The notes beneath the pieces are model-generated. The model saw only the letters and a list, made by a program, of their open reading frames with translations, searched no databases and was not told where the DNA came from. A stretch of 64,000 nucleotides of DNA from Octopus bimaculoides (taxonomy: Eukaryota). Positions 1 to 12,364 of this stretch are shown one piece after another (position 1 is the first letter of the stretch; each line of letters starts with the position of its first letter). Position numbers and translations under genes: made by a program. The stretch is from contig NC_068988.1 of the NCBI RefSeq assembly GCF_001194135.2, positions 53,997,264 through 54,061,263 of the forward strand, given 5' to 3'.

Positions 1-180
1 GCACCCACTACACTCTCTGAGTGGTTGGCGTTAGGAAGGGCATCCAGGTGTAGAAACTCTGCCAAATCAGACTGGAGCCTGGTGTTGCCATCCGGTTTCA
101 CCAGTCCTCAGTCAAATCGTCCAACCCATGCTAGCATGGAAAGCGGACGTTAAACGATGATGATGATGATGATGATGATT
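1..180 (+). mobile_element. 3' tail of 5'-truncated RTE-clade LINE, ending in (GAT)n
   Basis: ggttggcgttaggaagggcatccag...tcgtccaacccatgctagcatggaaagcggacgttaaacgatgatgat; the same tail recurs at about 2.6, 9.0, 13.5, 16.2, 35.8, 38.4 and 44.1 kb and is preceded by a 3' UTR matching the RTE ORF copy at 20.5-21.6 kb. Confidence 0.8.
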
Positions 181-602
181 TGTGATAAGTTCCAAGTCGT
201 CATATTATATCTTTGTTTTGATGAAAATTGTTCATTGCTTGAAAAATATATATTGGTCAAGTTTAATAAGATTTAATATGTACTCAATGCATGAAGTGTC
301 ATTATTGGGCTCAAGGCCCAATGAAGAGCCCTCCACAAGAGCTAGCTTAAAATACTTGCATACGTATCTATATACATTGTTTTTTAATGCTTTGCTTCTA
401 CTTTTCAACACTTGCAAGCAAGGATATTGTTGTGCTGCTCCAGGCACATAATCTATCAACTGAACAACTAAGTATGACATGCAGATCTGTTGTATCAACA
501 TTACCTCTGCCTAGCTTAGAAGCATATTGCACACTTTGACATGCTGTCCAGCCTGATTATGTTGTATACTCTCTTCTGTCCAGTCTATTCTTTTGTACTC
601 TA

Positions 603-803
603 GGCATAGGGCCTGAAATTTTAGGGGAGGGGGCCATTTGATTAAATCGACCTCAATATGCAACTGGTACTTAATTATTTGACTCTGAAAGGATGAAAGG
701 CAAAGTTGACCTTGGCGGAATTTGAACTCAGAACTTTAAGACAGATGAAATACCGCTAAGCAAGTTGCCTGGCATACTAATGTTTCTGCCAGCTTGCTGC
801 CTT
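603..803 (-). mobile_element. tRNA-derived SINE family B, diverged copy
   Basis: Aligns by eye to the full copy at 37161-37391 (ctgagttcaaattcc B box, ctttcatcctttc, taagtaccag). Confidence 0.75.
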
Positions 804-1829
804 CTACTGTACAGTCTATTGAATGTATAACAGCATTGTCTTGGTGATGTGACCAGTATTGTACAAAGTATTGACTCAATAGATGGAGCTGACCAGACCA
901 AAGTGATATTCTGTCTGGTATCAAGTAACCTAATTTGTTACCTAGGTAATTGTCAATTGATGGGTGACTTGCAGAGCATCTCAGGTGTGACCAATTCAAT
1001 AGTTGTCACATAATACCTTAATTAATCATTTACCTGAATGAAATAATTTAATTAGAGATGACAAATTTTAGTAATGGACCTAACATGTAGAGGTACCTTT
1101 TTTGCCTTTTTCTGTTCAGTCCATTGTCAAACTGATATGGTTTCACTTTAAACCAGGTGTTGTGCTTTTTTTTGTCATGGTATCAGATTTGAAGTTACCA
1201 TAGTCACAGTAAAGACAGTGTGTCAATCAATCAGTCCCCATTTCATCAGTTTATCCTTTCTTTATCTCAATGTTGGACTGGGCTGTGAATTTGAACTTTT
1301 ATCAGTTGTTTTCTGTCAGCTGCTGTTGGATAACTGTTTAACTCTTCTCATGTTTGTCTGTCTAGCTTCAAAAAAAAAAAAAAAAATGAGGTGTTTAATG
1401 GACAGTTGTTTCATTTTGGAACGAGACTCCTCTGTCCTTCTCTCTTCTTCCTCCTCTCCTTCACACTATCCTCTCCCCATTCTTCTTCCTCCACCACCTC
1501 CTCATCCACACATTAACACAAAGAGAATGAAACATTACAGTGTCTGATGTCAAATAAGCCAACATTAAATCAGTGATGCCAAATAGGCAGTGCCAAATAG
1601 GCAGTGCCAAAATGTTTCATATCTGTTCAGTTACACCGCTTTATCGTTCTGAATTTAAATTCTACTAATGTTAGCTCTACTGTTAATCTTTCTGGTATTG
1701 CTAAAATAACCACTAGTTAAATATTGGTGTCTCTCAAAACAACTGTCCCCATCCACCAGAATTAGTGCCCTTGTCCCCTTCCACAAGAGTTAGTGTCCTT
1801 GTCCCTAAGTTAGTTAAACAGTTGTTCTT

Positions 1830-2419
1830 GCTTGTAAGTCGATTATGGCTATCATCTTAGTCCATCACAAGGATTATGCCACCACTTTATTTGACCTTAA
1901 CAGGCATACAATTTTTCTCTCTGATTGGTATGAAGAATGGGAATGTATTGCCAATAAAATTGAAAAGACTGAAGGCTGACATTTTCTTCTTTAGTCAACT
2001 CCTCATAAACTTCTTCAACTTTCATTTTTCCAATTGAAGAGGAAAATGAGGATAAAGATAAAGACGTTGCTTGTCTGTAAATTTGTCAAAAGGTGGCTGA
2101 ATGTGATGAGCACGCCTGAATGTGCAGCCTTACTTACAGCATCTGACCATAGTCTGGGGACAACACAAGTGGCTGAAGGCACTTTTGAGTGATTCTAGAT
2201 GACAGTCCTCCTCTCTAGGCATTCTATCACATTTGTATGTGGTGTATACACAAGGACCTTAAAGTGCCTCCCTTATTGGGAGTTTTAATTTGTTCAATTT
2301 TTATTGTTATTATATTGTGTACATGGGAAAAACTCATTGTATCATCCTGTTTTTGTCTTTTATGTTATATGTCATTTAATGTTTTTGTATGTGAGCCCTT
2401 GTGGTGAATAAAAGAATAA

Positions 2420-2457
<38 letters not shown>

Positions 2458-2465
2458 CATTATTA
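1830..2465 (+). mobile_element. Probable decayed non-LTR retrotransposon 3' end
   Basis: Interrupted coding-like sequence followed by a T-rich UTR, AATAAA and an (ATT)n tail; clade not identifiable. Confidence 0.35.
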
Positions 2466-2597
2466 TTATATGTCTGACTTTTGCTTTGTATTTGTACAAG
2501 TTGACTCCAAGTCTCACCCAGACTTTATTATTATTATTGTTGTTGTTGTTGTTGTTGTTGTTATTATAATTATTATTATTATGCAGGCAGAGTTTTT

Positions 2598-2715
2598 ATC
2601 CAGCTGTAGAAACTCTGCCAAATCAGATTGGAGCCTGGTGTCACCTCCTGGTCCACCAGTCCTCAGTAAAAATCGTCCAACCCATGCTAGCATGGAAAGC
2701 GGATGTTAAACGATG

Positions 2716-2716
<1 letters not shown>
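2598..2716 (+). mobile_element. RTE LINE 3' tail fragment
   Basis: ccagctgtagaaactctgccaaatcagattggagcctgg...catggaaagcggatgttaaacgatg. Confidence 0.75.
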
Positions 2717-2778
<62 letters not shown>

Positions 2779-2787
2779 GTCATTATT

Positions 2788-3250
2788 AAAGGCAGTGAAC
2801 TGGCAGAATCATTAGTATACTGAGCAAAATGCTTAATAGTGTTTCTACTGTCTTTATGTTTTGAGTTCAAATTCCACTGAGGTCAACTTTGCATCTTGTC
2901 CTTTTTGGAGGTTGATGAAATGAGCACCAGCTGAGCATTGTGGTTGATATAATTGACAAGTCTCCTTCCATAGAATTTCAGGCCTTGTACCAATAGTAGA
3001 AAGGATTATTATTATTATTATTATTTTTAAGGCTGGCTGGGAGAATACATTACTGTACCAGACAAAATGCTCAGCAGCATTTCTTCTGGTTCTTTATATT
3101 CTGAGTTCAAATGCTGCCAAAGTCGACTTTACTCTTCCTCTTTTTTTGGGGGGGGGGGGATCAATAAAATGAGTACCAGTTAAAGACTGGGTCAATGTTA
3201 TCGACTAACTCCCTCCTCTAAAAATTGCTACCCAAGTGTTAAAATTCGAA
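2788..3250 (+). mobile_element. Two tandem diverged SINE family B copies
   Basis: Each has aaaatgct..agc..tatttc...ctgagttcaaat...aaaatgagtaccag...; separated by (ATT)n. Confidence 0.65.
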
Positions 3251-3360
3251 AACAATTACTATTATTACAAAAATCATTATCTGTTATAAATTATTATTCT
3301 TAGAAAATGAGAAACCATTATAATTATTATGATCACACTCTTTCTCCTCCTTCTCCTCCC

Positions 3361-3567
3361 TCATCATCATCATCGTCATCATCATCGTCATCATCATCGT
3401 CATCATCATCATCATCGTCATCATCGTTATCATCATCATCATCATCATCATCGTCATCATCATCATCATCATCATCGTCGTCGTCATCATCATGATTGTC
3501 ATCATCGTCATCATCATCATCATCATCATCATCATCGTTATCATCGTCATCGTCATCATCATCATCG

Positions 3568-3602
<35 letters not shown>

Positions 3603-3661
3603 GTCATCATCATCGTCATCATCATCATCATCATCATCATCACTATCATCGTCACCATCAT
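3361..3661. repeat. ~300 bp (CAT)n/(CATCGT) microsatellite
   Basis: Direct reading; generates spurious poly-His/Ser/Met ORFs. Confidence 0.97.
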
Positions 3662-4310
3662 TAATTAGCGTTTTGTTATGGTGTTAACATATGCCTGTAT
3701 ACACAGTTCAATGAAGTGAAAGAGGTTATAAAGAATGAGTGAAATCAGTTTTCTGTTTTAAGATATCTTTTGCTAAGAGGTAGCAGAAACGATATTTGCA
3801 TTAAAATTCTTGCTAAAAACTTAAGCTTTTAAGAATTTGATAAGAGTATTAATTTTAGGAAGAATCTATACAAGTACAATTGTTTTTAAAATTGAAATTA
3901 CATTAATATCTCTGAGAAAGAAGCTGATATAGAGAGAAGAATAATGAAACTAAAACATAACAAATGATATTTTAAGATGTCAGATAATTATGATTTAAAT
4001 GACACACTTTAATAAATATATTTCTATTCATGTAGAAATGTGAGGTAATGGAATTTTCTTTGTTTATTTTTATTTAATTTTTTGTTTTTTTTCGTTATTG
4101 TTGTTATTTTGCCTAAGGTCAACTCTGATTGAGTTGACCTGTATTCAAAGCCCCCTCTAGTGGTGACCATCCCTTCTTTTTCCTAGGTACAGTTTACTTA
4201 CAATCACCACCACCACCACCACCACCACCACCACCATTGTTGTCATCATCGTTGTCATCGTCATTGTTATCATCATGGTCATTGTTGTTGTCCTCCTCAC
4301 CTCCACCTCC

Positions 4311-4413
4311 CCTCCTCCCATTGCCTCTCCTCCTTCCCTTTACCCCTCCTCCCATTGCCTCTCCTCCTTCCCTTTACCCCTCCTCCCATTGCCTCTCCTC
4401 CTTCCCTTTACCC
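4311..4413. repeat. 34-bp pyrimidine-rich minisatellite running into a gap
   Basis: cattgcc at 4319, 4353 and 4387 (period 34). Confidence 0.9.
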
Positions 4414-5519
4414 NNNNNNNNNNNNNNNNNNNNNNNNNNNNNNNNNNNNNNNNNNNNNNNNNNNNNNNNNNNNNNNNNNNNNNNNNNNNNNNNNNNNNNN
4501 NNNNNNNNNNNNNNNNNNNNNNNNNNNNNNNNNNNNNNNNNNNNNNNNNNNNNNNNNNNNNNNNNNNNNNNNNNNNNNNNNNNNNNNNNNNNNNNNNNNN
4601 NNNNNNNNNNNNNNNNNNNNNNNNNNNNNNNNNNNNNNNNNNNNNNNNNNNNNNNNNNNNNNNNNNNNNCTCATCAACAGCAACAGTAGCAGCATCTGCA
4701 GCATTTTAATGTCTGTTATTCCACGCTAGCATGGGTTGGACAGTTTACAGGAACTGGTGAGCCAGAAGACTGCCCCAAACTCCAGTGACTGCTTTGGCAT
4801 GGTTTTTACAGCTGGCATGCCCTTCCTAACACTAACCACTTTACAGATGTATTGAGTGCTTTTTACTTGGCACCAACACTAGAGAGGTCACAGAGTAACC
4901 TGCAAGAAAAGATCCTCTCAACTGAGTGGGATGTAGCATTGAGAGAGGAGGCTTTATACCAGGGATGAGAAGCTAAATTTGAAAGAGGGACAGGGACAGG
5001 GACAGGTGTCTTGTTGTAGGGGAGATACATGGTTACCCCAGTTGGAAAAGGAAGATGTGATGGGGCGTACCCTCAAGTTATCAGAAGGTGAATATAAGAA
5101 AAGTGGCAGCGGTAGAATCATGTTGTTCAATGCGTTCTTCTTTCCTGAGATTATAGGATGTGACTGAAGGGAGATTTGGTTGCTATTCTTAGAAGGCTAA
5201 GCAACCATGTAGAGGCTGTATCATTGACTCAATATTGTTAGTGGCCATAGTAGCCTGTGTTGTGATACATTGCTGTTGGCAGTTTGTGATTTAAGGCAGA
5301 TTTAGCTCCTGTTTTTCACAGGAAGGATATGATTTGAATGAAATTAAGTTGCTATTTCCAGCAGGTCATATACTGCTTAGAATTCCTCCTATTTTGTCAT
5401 ATTTTTGTGTTGCTGCTGTTTAACAAGAGGTTGGCCCTGACTGAAGACATTTTCAACCATAACCATCCTGTCCTTTCTTCAAACATAGTGTATCAAACTA
5501 TATGATATCTTTTCTCCTT

Positions 5520-5690
5520 ATTTTTTTTCTCCTTGTTTCTCTCCTTATTTCTTTCTGTGTTCCTTTCAGTTGAAGAGCATAGCTCGAATGTCAAAGACTT
5601 TCTCTATTCCCGAGCGTTAGACTAATACATCCATTTGTTGTTTACACCACCTGTCTTCGTGTGTTGTTTTTTTCGTAAATTCTCCCATAT
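5520..5690 (+). mobile_element. Short Penelope-LTR-like repeat with hammerhead-like motif (decayed copy)
   Basis: Homologous to 49460-49625; cttt-cagttgaa-gagc ata gctc-gaatgtc-aaag. Confidence 0.55.
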
Positions 5691-6109
5691 ATGATATCTA
5701 ATATGTTCACATATACATCGAATATTTTCAAGATAGGTGGAATTCAAAGGAGATTTGTCTGCTACTTATGGTAGCTCATGTGACCACATAAAACAATTCC
5801 CTTGTTGCTTCATGTTTTTATGTATTCCAATTATGATAAAACTGTGAAATACAGTGTTTTATTAAGTTTTATTTCAATGAAAATTATTGCTGAATTAACT
5901 GCTAGAAAAAAATTATCAAATCTTGAATTTCATATAGGAGTTTTATCTTGATTTATTATTAATTTTCTTTCTGCAGTAGAAAACATGAGGCTGCAAAACT
6001 TTAATGCCTGTAAAAGAGACAAAAGTTAAGAAGCACTTTAAATGAAATACACACACATATGTGCACACACACACACACACACACACACGCATATGTGCAC
6101 ACACACACA

Positions 6110-6243
6110 CTTTGCCTTTCATCCTTTCGGGGTCGATTAAATAAGTACCAGTTACGCACTGGGGTCGGTATAATCGACTTAATCCGTTTGTCTGTCCTTG
6201 TTTGTCCCCTCTGTGTGTAGCCCCTTGTGGGTAGTAAAGAAAT
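6110..6243 (+). mobile_element. SINE family B 3' half
   Basis: tttgcctttcatcctttcggggtcgattaaataagtaccag...gtgggtagtaaagaaata, nearly identical to the 37161 copy. Confidence 0.85.
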
Positions 6244-6275
6244 AACACACGCACACACATGCACATGCACACACT

Positions 6276-6315
<40 letters not shown>

Positions 6316-6369
6316 CACATGCACACACTCATACACTTGCACACATATATATTCATACACACATATCAT

Positions 6370-6600
6370 CAACTCATCACTGGTCCTTCTACCCCACTCA
6401 TTTTTACCCAGCTCATATCCTGAATGCCCATCAGACACCTCATAATCATTATCTTTACTGCTTTCTAAGTCTACTCGATTATTCCTGCCCACTCTTCTAA
6501 AATGTGAGTCATCGTGTAGCTCTTTTACTGCAAGGAACCTATTCTACTCTGGCCCCTTACTTTTACCTCCTCATATCCAAGCCTAAAGTTACTGCCTCGG
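6370..6600 (-). pseudogene. Possible decayed apurinic-endonuclease fragment of an RTE-like LINE
   Basis: RVGRNN...NDYEVSDGHSGYELGKNEWGRR resembles the post-GDFN region (VG..N.GYE.V.G.HG.G..NE.G.R) of RTE endonucleases. Confidence 0.35.
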
Positions 6601-6699
6601 GGTTCATAGTTTTGCAAGCAGCATGACAGCTCCACTATTACTGGTGGCATGAAAAAAGTACCCAACACATGCTGTAGAGTGGTTGTGGAGTGCTGTGGA

Positions 6700-6895
6700 G
6701 GCACATGGCTTAGTGGTTTGAGTGTTGGACTCATGATCGCTAGACTGTGGTTTCAATTCCTTGACCAGGTGATGTGTTGTGTTCTTGAGCAAAACACTTC
6801 ATTTCATGTTGTTCCAGGCGGGAAATATATACATCATGAAACTGGGAAACTGGCCCTTATGAGTCAGCATGGGTTGAGAAGGTAACTTTTATTTA
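6700..6895 (+). mobile_element. tRNA-derived SINE family C head with short tail
   Basis: tggcttagtgg A box, ggtttcaattcc B box, gttcttgagcaaaacactt; similar copy at 52885-53145. Confidence 0.7.
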
Positions 6896-7042
6896 GGAAG
6901 AGTAGTTGGAATTAAGAAGGGCATCCAGCCATAGAAACTGTGTGAAAGCAGATACTGGAGCACAATGCAGTCCCTGGCACCATTGGATTCTACCAAACCA
7001 CTCAGCTCATGTCAGTATGAAGTATAGACCCTAAATGATGGG

Positions 7043-7565
7043 CATGGCTGTGTAGTTGAAAAGCTTGGCTCCCAATCATCTGGTTTCAAGTTCACTTCCA
7101 CAATCTGGCATCTTGGATGAGTGTCCTCCACTATAGCCCTGGGCTGACCAAAGCCTTGTGAGTGAATTTGGTAGACAGAAACTGAAGTCCATCATGTACT
7201 TGTGTGTGTGTGTGTGTGTGTGTGTGTGCACGTGCTTGCATGCATGCATGTGTGTGTGTGTGTGTGTGTGCATGCGCATGTGCTTGCGTGCATGCATGTG
7301 TGTGTATGTATGTGTGTGCGTGTGTGTGGTCTTGACATCACATTATGGTTGCAAATGAGTTTCACTGTTACATAAGCAATGTTCTTTGTTTCCAGTCTTC
7401 TATGAAAACATGTCTGACCACAAGGAAATATTACCTTGTTTGGAAACAGGTGGGGATTGCTGACAAGATGAGCATCTGGTCATAGAAAATCTGCCTCAGC
7501 AAATTCCATTCAACCTATGCAAACATGGAAAAGTGACCACTAAAACAATGACAGTGATGATGATG
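7043..7565 (+). mobile_element. SINE family A2 (tRNA head + internal (TG)n + RTE-type tail)
   Basis: Head matches 45876 copy (gaccaaagccttgtgagtgaatttggtagac); tail ...aaaatctgcctcagcaaattcc...atggaaaagtg...(tga)n. Confidence 0.75.
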
Positions 7566-7602
7566 TTGTGCATATATGTGTGTGTGTGTGTGTACATATT
7601 TA

Positions 7603-8485
7603 CAGAGTGCAGTGAATAAACTGTCGTCTAAATCAAGCAAAAATGAAAATAACACTGACATCTCATTTTAACAGATATATTTACCAACATTACATAAAAA
7701 TATTTCGAAATACTAAAGAATAAATCTATTCAATAAAATCGACATTTGCTTCAACCACGGCCTCCAGACGACCTTGGAATCTCCTGCAACACTTCTGGAC
7801 AGTTTCCTGTCTCCTTGTTTAATTTGGTGAACGCTGCCATAATCCTTGCCATATTTGGTGTTACAAGGAGCTTTGTTGGTCTCTGGCTCAACTGCATTCC
7901 ACACATAATAATCAAGTGGGTTGCAGGGTGGGGATTTAGGTGGCCAGATATTAGAGGTGATGTGATTGCAGAAATTGTCTGACAGCCATGACTGGGTTCT
8001 CCTGCTTGTGTGATATGGTGCAGAGTCCTGTTACCAGACACAGGGTCTTCCAGCAACCTCTTGACACAGGACAGCAGAACCTCCTCCATGCACTTGATGT
8101 AGGCCTCCATGTTAAGTATGAGGCCATCTGAGAAGATGAATGGAGGCTTAACATCACCATCACTAGTGGTCAGTCCAAACACCATGATCTTGACTGGATG
8201 TTTGATTTTATCATTCTTGGTACATGTCCTCAGATTGCACTGTCCTCCGATTGACACCCAAACACTCTGAAATTTTCATACTGGAGCTTCTAGCATGAAT
8301 GCCAAGCAGTATAACTTGTTGTTTCCAAATTTCAGGCAGAGTGAATTGCGTCATGGTGTTGCTTTTCTCACAGATGGTGCCCAACTGACCCTACTATACT
8401 GTGTAGTCAACAAAATCAAAAACAAACAATGTTCAAGCACGAAATTAAAAATATTGAATGGGGACAATTTACCCATTGCACACTG
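7603..8485 (-). mobile_element. DD37D (maT) Tc1/mariner transposon, internally deleted and frameshifted
   Basis: VMVFG..SDG..KPPFIF and, after a frameshift, QQDSAPYHT...WPPKSPPCNPLD with 37 residues between the last two Asp; imperfect TIRs cagagtgcagtgaataaactgtc / gacaatttacccattgcacactg. Confidence 0.9.
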
Positions 8486-9015
8486 TGTATATATATANNN
8501 NNNNNNNNNNNNNNNNNNNNNNNNNNNNNNNNNNNNNNNNNNNNNNNNNNNNNNNNNNNNNNNNNNNNNNNNNNNNNNNNNNNNNNNNNNNNNNNNNNNN
8601 NNNNNNNNNNNNNNNNNNNNNNNNNNNNNNNNNNNNNNNNNNNNNNNNNNNNNNNNNNNNNNNNNNNNNNNNNNNNNNNNNNNNNNNNNNNNNNNNNNNN
8701 NNNNNNNNNNNNNNNNNNNNNNNNNNNNNNNNNNNNNNNNNNNNNNNNNNNNNNNNNNNNNNNNNNNNNNNNNNNNNNNNNNNNNNNNNNNNNNNNNNNN
8801 NNNNNNNNNNNNNNNNNNNNNNNNNNNNNNNNNNNNNNNNNNNNNNNNNNNNNNNNNNNNNNNNNNNNNNNNNNNNNNNNNNNNNNNNNNNNNTTACAGA
8901 GAATAAGTCCTGGGGTCGATTTGCTCGACTAACGGCAGTGCTCCAGCATGGCCACAGTCAAATAACTGAAACAAGTAAAAGAGTAAAAGATATATATATA
9001 TATATATATATATAT

Positions 9016-9302
9016 ATCATCATCATCATCATCATCGTTTAACGTCTGCTTTCCATGCTAGCATGGGTTGAACGATTTGACTGAGGACTGGCAAGCTAGA
9101 AGGCTGCTCCAGGCCCCAATCTGATCTGGCAGAGTTTCTACACCTGGATGCCCTTCCTAACGCCAACCCCTCCGAGAGTGTAGTGGGTGCTTTTATGTGC
9201 CACCGGCACAAGGGCCAGTCACATAGTACTGGCAACGGCCACGCTCAGAAAGGTGTTTTTTTACATGCCACCTGCACGGGAGCCACTCCAGCGGCACTGG
9301 CA
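9016..9302 (-). mobile_element. RTE LINE 3' UTR with ~2 hairpin units and tail
   Basis: (CAT)n then reverse complement of tail and of gccagt..actggc/gtgccggtggcac units. Confidence 0.85.
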
Positions 9303-9384
9303 ACCGACGTCATCAGCAGTTAATGGTCTGTTTTCTATGCTGGCATGGGTTGGTCAGCAAGTATGTATGTATATAGGAATATAT

Positions 9385-9645
9385 ATAGTGCTGAGCCAAA
9401 TATTTTGCAATCCTTTGGTAACTTATTTTTCCCAAGCATCTTCAGATAATCAGTTGTTTATATCCATAGCTCACTTTCCGAGTTTGTGATGCTTCATCAA
9501 CTAAGAGAAGGTGGAATCTCCAGTGAAGGAGTTCTTAACTTTGAACAACAAGAACTAATATCAGCATGAGATCAAAGAACTCAAAGAAAGGTGGCTTCAG
9601 ATGGTGCAAAAGAATGGCCTCTGCTTTGAATGCTAGGTTATTTTT
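9385..9645 (+). mobile_element. Decayed mariner transposase C-terminal fragment
   Basis: SDNQLF...YQHEIKELKERWLQMVQKNGLCFE resembles the mariner C-terminus (Y..GI..L..RW..V...NG.YF). Confidence 0.55.
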
Positions 9646-9748
9646 ATTGTAACTTGATATATGATGCAATTATGTTACTAAAATATTGCAAAACTTTTGA
9701 TTCAACACAATATATGATATATATCTACATATACATACATACATACAC

Positions 9749-9783
<35 letters not shown>

Positions 9784-10103
9784 TACATACATACATACTT
9801 TATACATGCATACTTATACATACATATATTTTATATTATATTATATATATANNNNNNNNNNNNNNNNNNNNNNNNNNNNNNNNNNNNNNNNNNNNNNNNN
9901 NNNNNNNNNNNNNNNNNNNNNNNNNNNNNNNNNNNNNNNNNNNNNNNNNNNNNNNNNNNNNNNNNNNNNNNNNNNNNNNNNNNNNNNNNNNNNNNNNNNN
10001 NNNNNNNNNNNNNNNNNNNNNNNNNNNNNNNNNNNNNNNNNNNNNNNNNNNNNNNNNNNNNNNNNNNNNNNNNNNNNNNNNNNNNNNNNNNNNNNNNNNN
10101 NNN

Positions 10104-10136
<33 letters not shown>

Positions 10137-11008
10137 CACACACACACACACACACATATATGTATATATATGTATACATAAATGTTTATATACATATGTA
10201 TATGTGTGTGTGTGGATATATATATATATATATATATAATGTACTTAATGAGGCCTTCACAATAATTAATTAGCACTCTGTCTATGTTGAAGAGAAGTAA
10301 ATACTATTGAACAACCATAAAATCAATCAAAGGTAACAATTCAAAATAAAATTAATAAATGATTTTGAGATGGCTTGATGAACCAGAATCTCGATTAAAA
10401 TTGAAGAAAAACATTGTGGTGAGAGAAAACCATGTACTTGCGTGAGCATAATCAATCCATATGCAAATATCCAGGTAAGCACATATCATATTAATCAGGC
10501 TTGAATAGAAAAATATTAAACGTGTTAAACATTCTTTTATAAATTTATGTTTATATATATATATATATCATCATCGTTTACACACACACACATACGTAAA
10601 TGTTGAACAGTGAGAATGAGTGCTCAACACCACATCGGTAGAAAAAGCTTTTTTTTTTTTTTACGTATTAAGGCTACCATTTGTTTCCTGTTAAGAAAAT
10701 ATCTTAATAAAAATTGAAAAATTGTTCAGATATTAAGATATTTCCTTTACATGAAACTAATGGTAGTCTCAGTACATAACAAAAGTGTGTATGTACACAC
10801 GTGCACACATATGTGTGTGTGTGTATAAATATAAATATATGTATAGATGTATATAGCTACGAGAAATAAGGATAAACGTAAGTTCCCTAGGTGCATTTCT
10901 CCTTTAGGTTGTTTGAGCCCTAATTTAGGTGTCCCAAGTGCAATTAGATTCTCAACCCCAACAGATCATCATAGAACACTTCATTGCATTAAGTTAGATT
11001 GAGCAATA

Positions 11009-11089
<81 letters not shown>

Positions 11090-12129
11090 ACACATATACT
11101 TGTATATATGTGTATATATGTGTGTATATACATACATATANNNNNNNNNNNNNNNNNNNNNNNNNNNNNNNNNNNNNNNNNNNNNNNNNNNNNNNNNNNN
11201 NNNNNNNNNNNNNNNNNNNNNNNNNNNNNNNNNNNNNNNNNNNNNNNNNNNNNNNNNNNNNNNNNNNNNNNNNNNNNNNNNNNNNNNNNNNNNNNNNNNN
11301 NNNNNNNNNNNNNNNNNNNNNNNNNNNNNNNNNNNNNNNNNNNNNNNNNNNNNNNNNNNNNNNNNNNNNNNNNNNNNNNNNNNNNNNNNNNNNNNNNNNN
11401 NNNNNNNNNNNNNNNNNNNNNNNNNNNNNNNNNNNNNNNNNNNNNNNNNNNNNNNNNNNNNNNNNNNNNNNNNNNNNNNNNNNNNNNNNNNNNNNNNNNN
11501 NNNNNNNNNNNNNNNNNNNNNNNNNNNNNNNNNNNNNNNNNNNNNNNNNNNNNNNNNNNNNNNNNNNNNNNNNNNNNNNNNNNNNNNNNNNNNNNNNNNN
11601 NNNNNNNNNNNNNNNNNNNNNNNNNNNNNNNNNNNNNNNNNNNNNNNNNNNNNNNNNNNNNNNNNNNNNNNNNNNNNNNNNNNNNNNNNNNNNNNNNNNN
11701 NNNNNNNNNNNNNNNNNNNNNNNNNNNNNNNNNNNNNNNNNNNNNNNNNNNNNNNNNNNNNNNNNNNNNNNNNNNNNNNNNNNNNNNNNNNNNNNNNNNN
11801 NNNNNNNNNNNNNNNNNNNNNNNNNNNNNNNNNNNNNNNNNNNNNNNNNNNNNNNNNNNNNNNNNNNNNNNNNNNNNNNNNNNNNNNNNNNNNNNNNNNN
11901 NNNNNNNNNNNNNNNNNNNNNNNNNNNNNNNNNNNNNNNNNNNNNNNNNNNNNNNNNNNNNNNNNNNNNNNNNNNNNNNNNNNNNNNNNNNNNNNNNNNN
12001 NNNNNNNNNNNNNNNNNNNNNNNNNNNNNNNNNNNNNNNNNNNNNNNNNNNNNNNNNNNNNNNNNNNNNNNNNNNNNNNNNNNNNNNNNNNNNNNNNNNN
12101 NNNNNNNNNNNNNNNTGTATATATACTCT

Positions 12130-12355
12130 TACTCTACTCTTTTACTCTTTTACTTGTTTCAATCATTTGACTGCGGCCATACTGGAGCACCGCCTTTAGT
12201 CAAGCAAATTGACCCCAGGACTTACTCTTTGTAAGCCTAGTACTTATTCTATCGGTCTCTTTTTGCCGAACCGCTAAGTGACGAGGACGTAAACACACCA
12301 GCATCGGTTGTCAAGCGATGGTAGGGGGACAAACACAAACCCACCAACACACATA
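12130..12355 (-). mobile_element. SINE family A1 3' half
   Basis: Reverse complement of cgcttgacaaccgatgctggtgtgtttacgtc...aataagtactaggcttacaaag...ggcggtgctccag. Confidence 0.85.
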
Positions 12356-12364
12356 CATATATAT

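Noticed and set aside
3284-3687. Poly-His/Ser/Met ORFs suggesting a His-rich structural protein
   Set aside because: Pure (CAT)n microsatellite, open in several frames, with no splice or coding context
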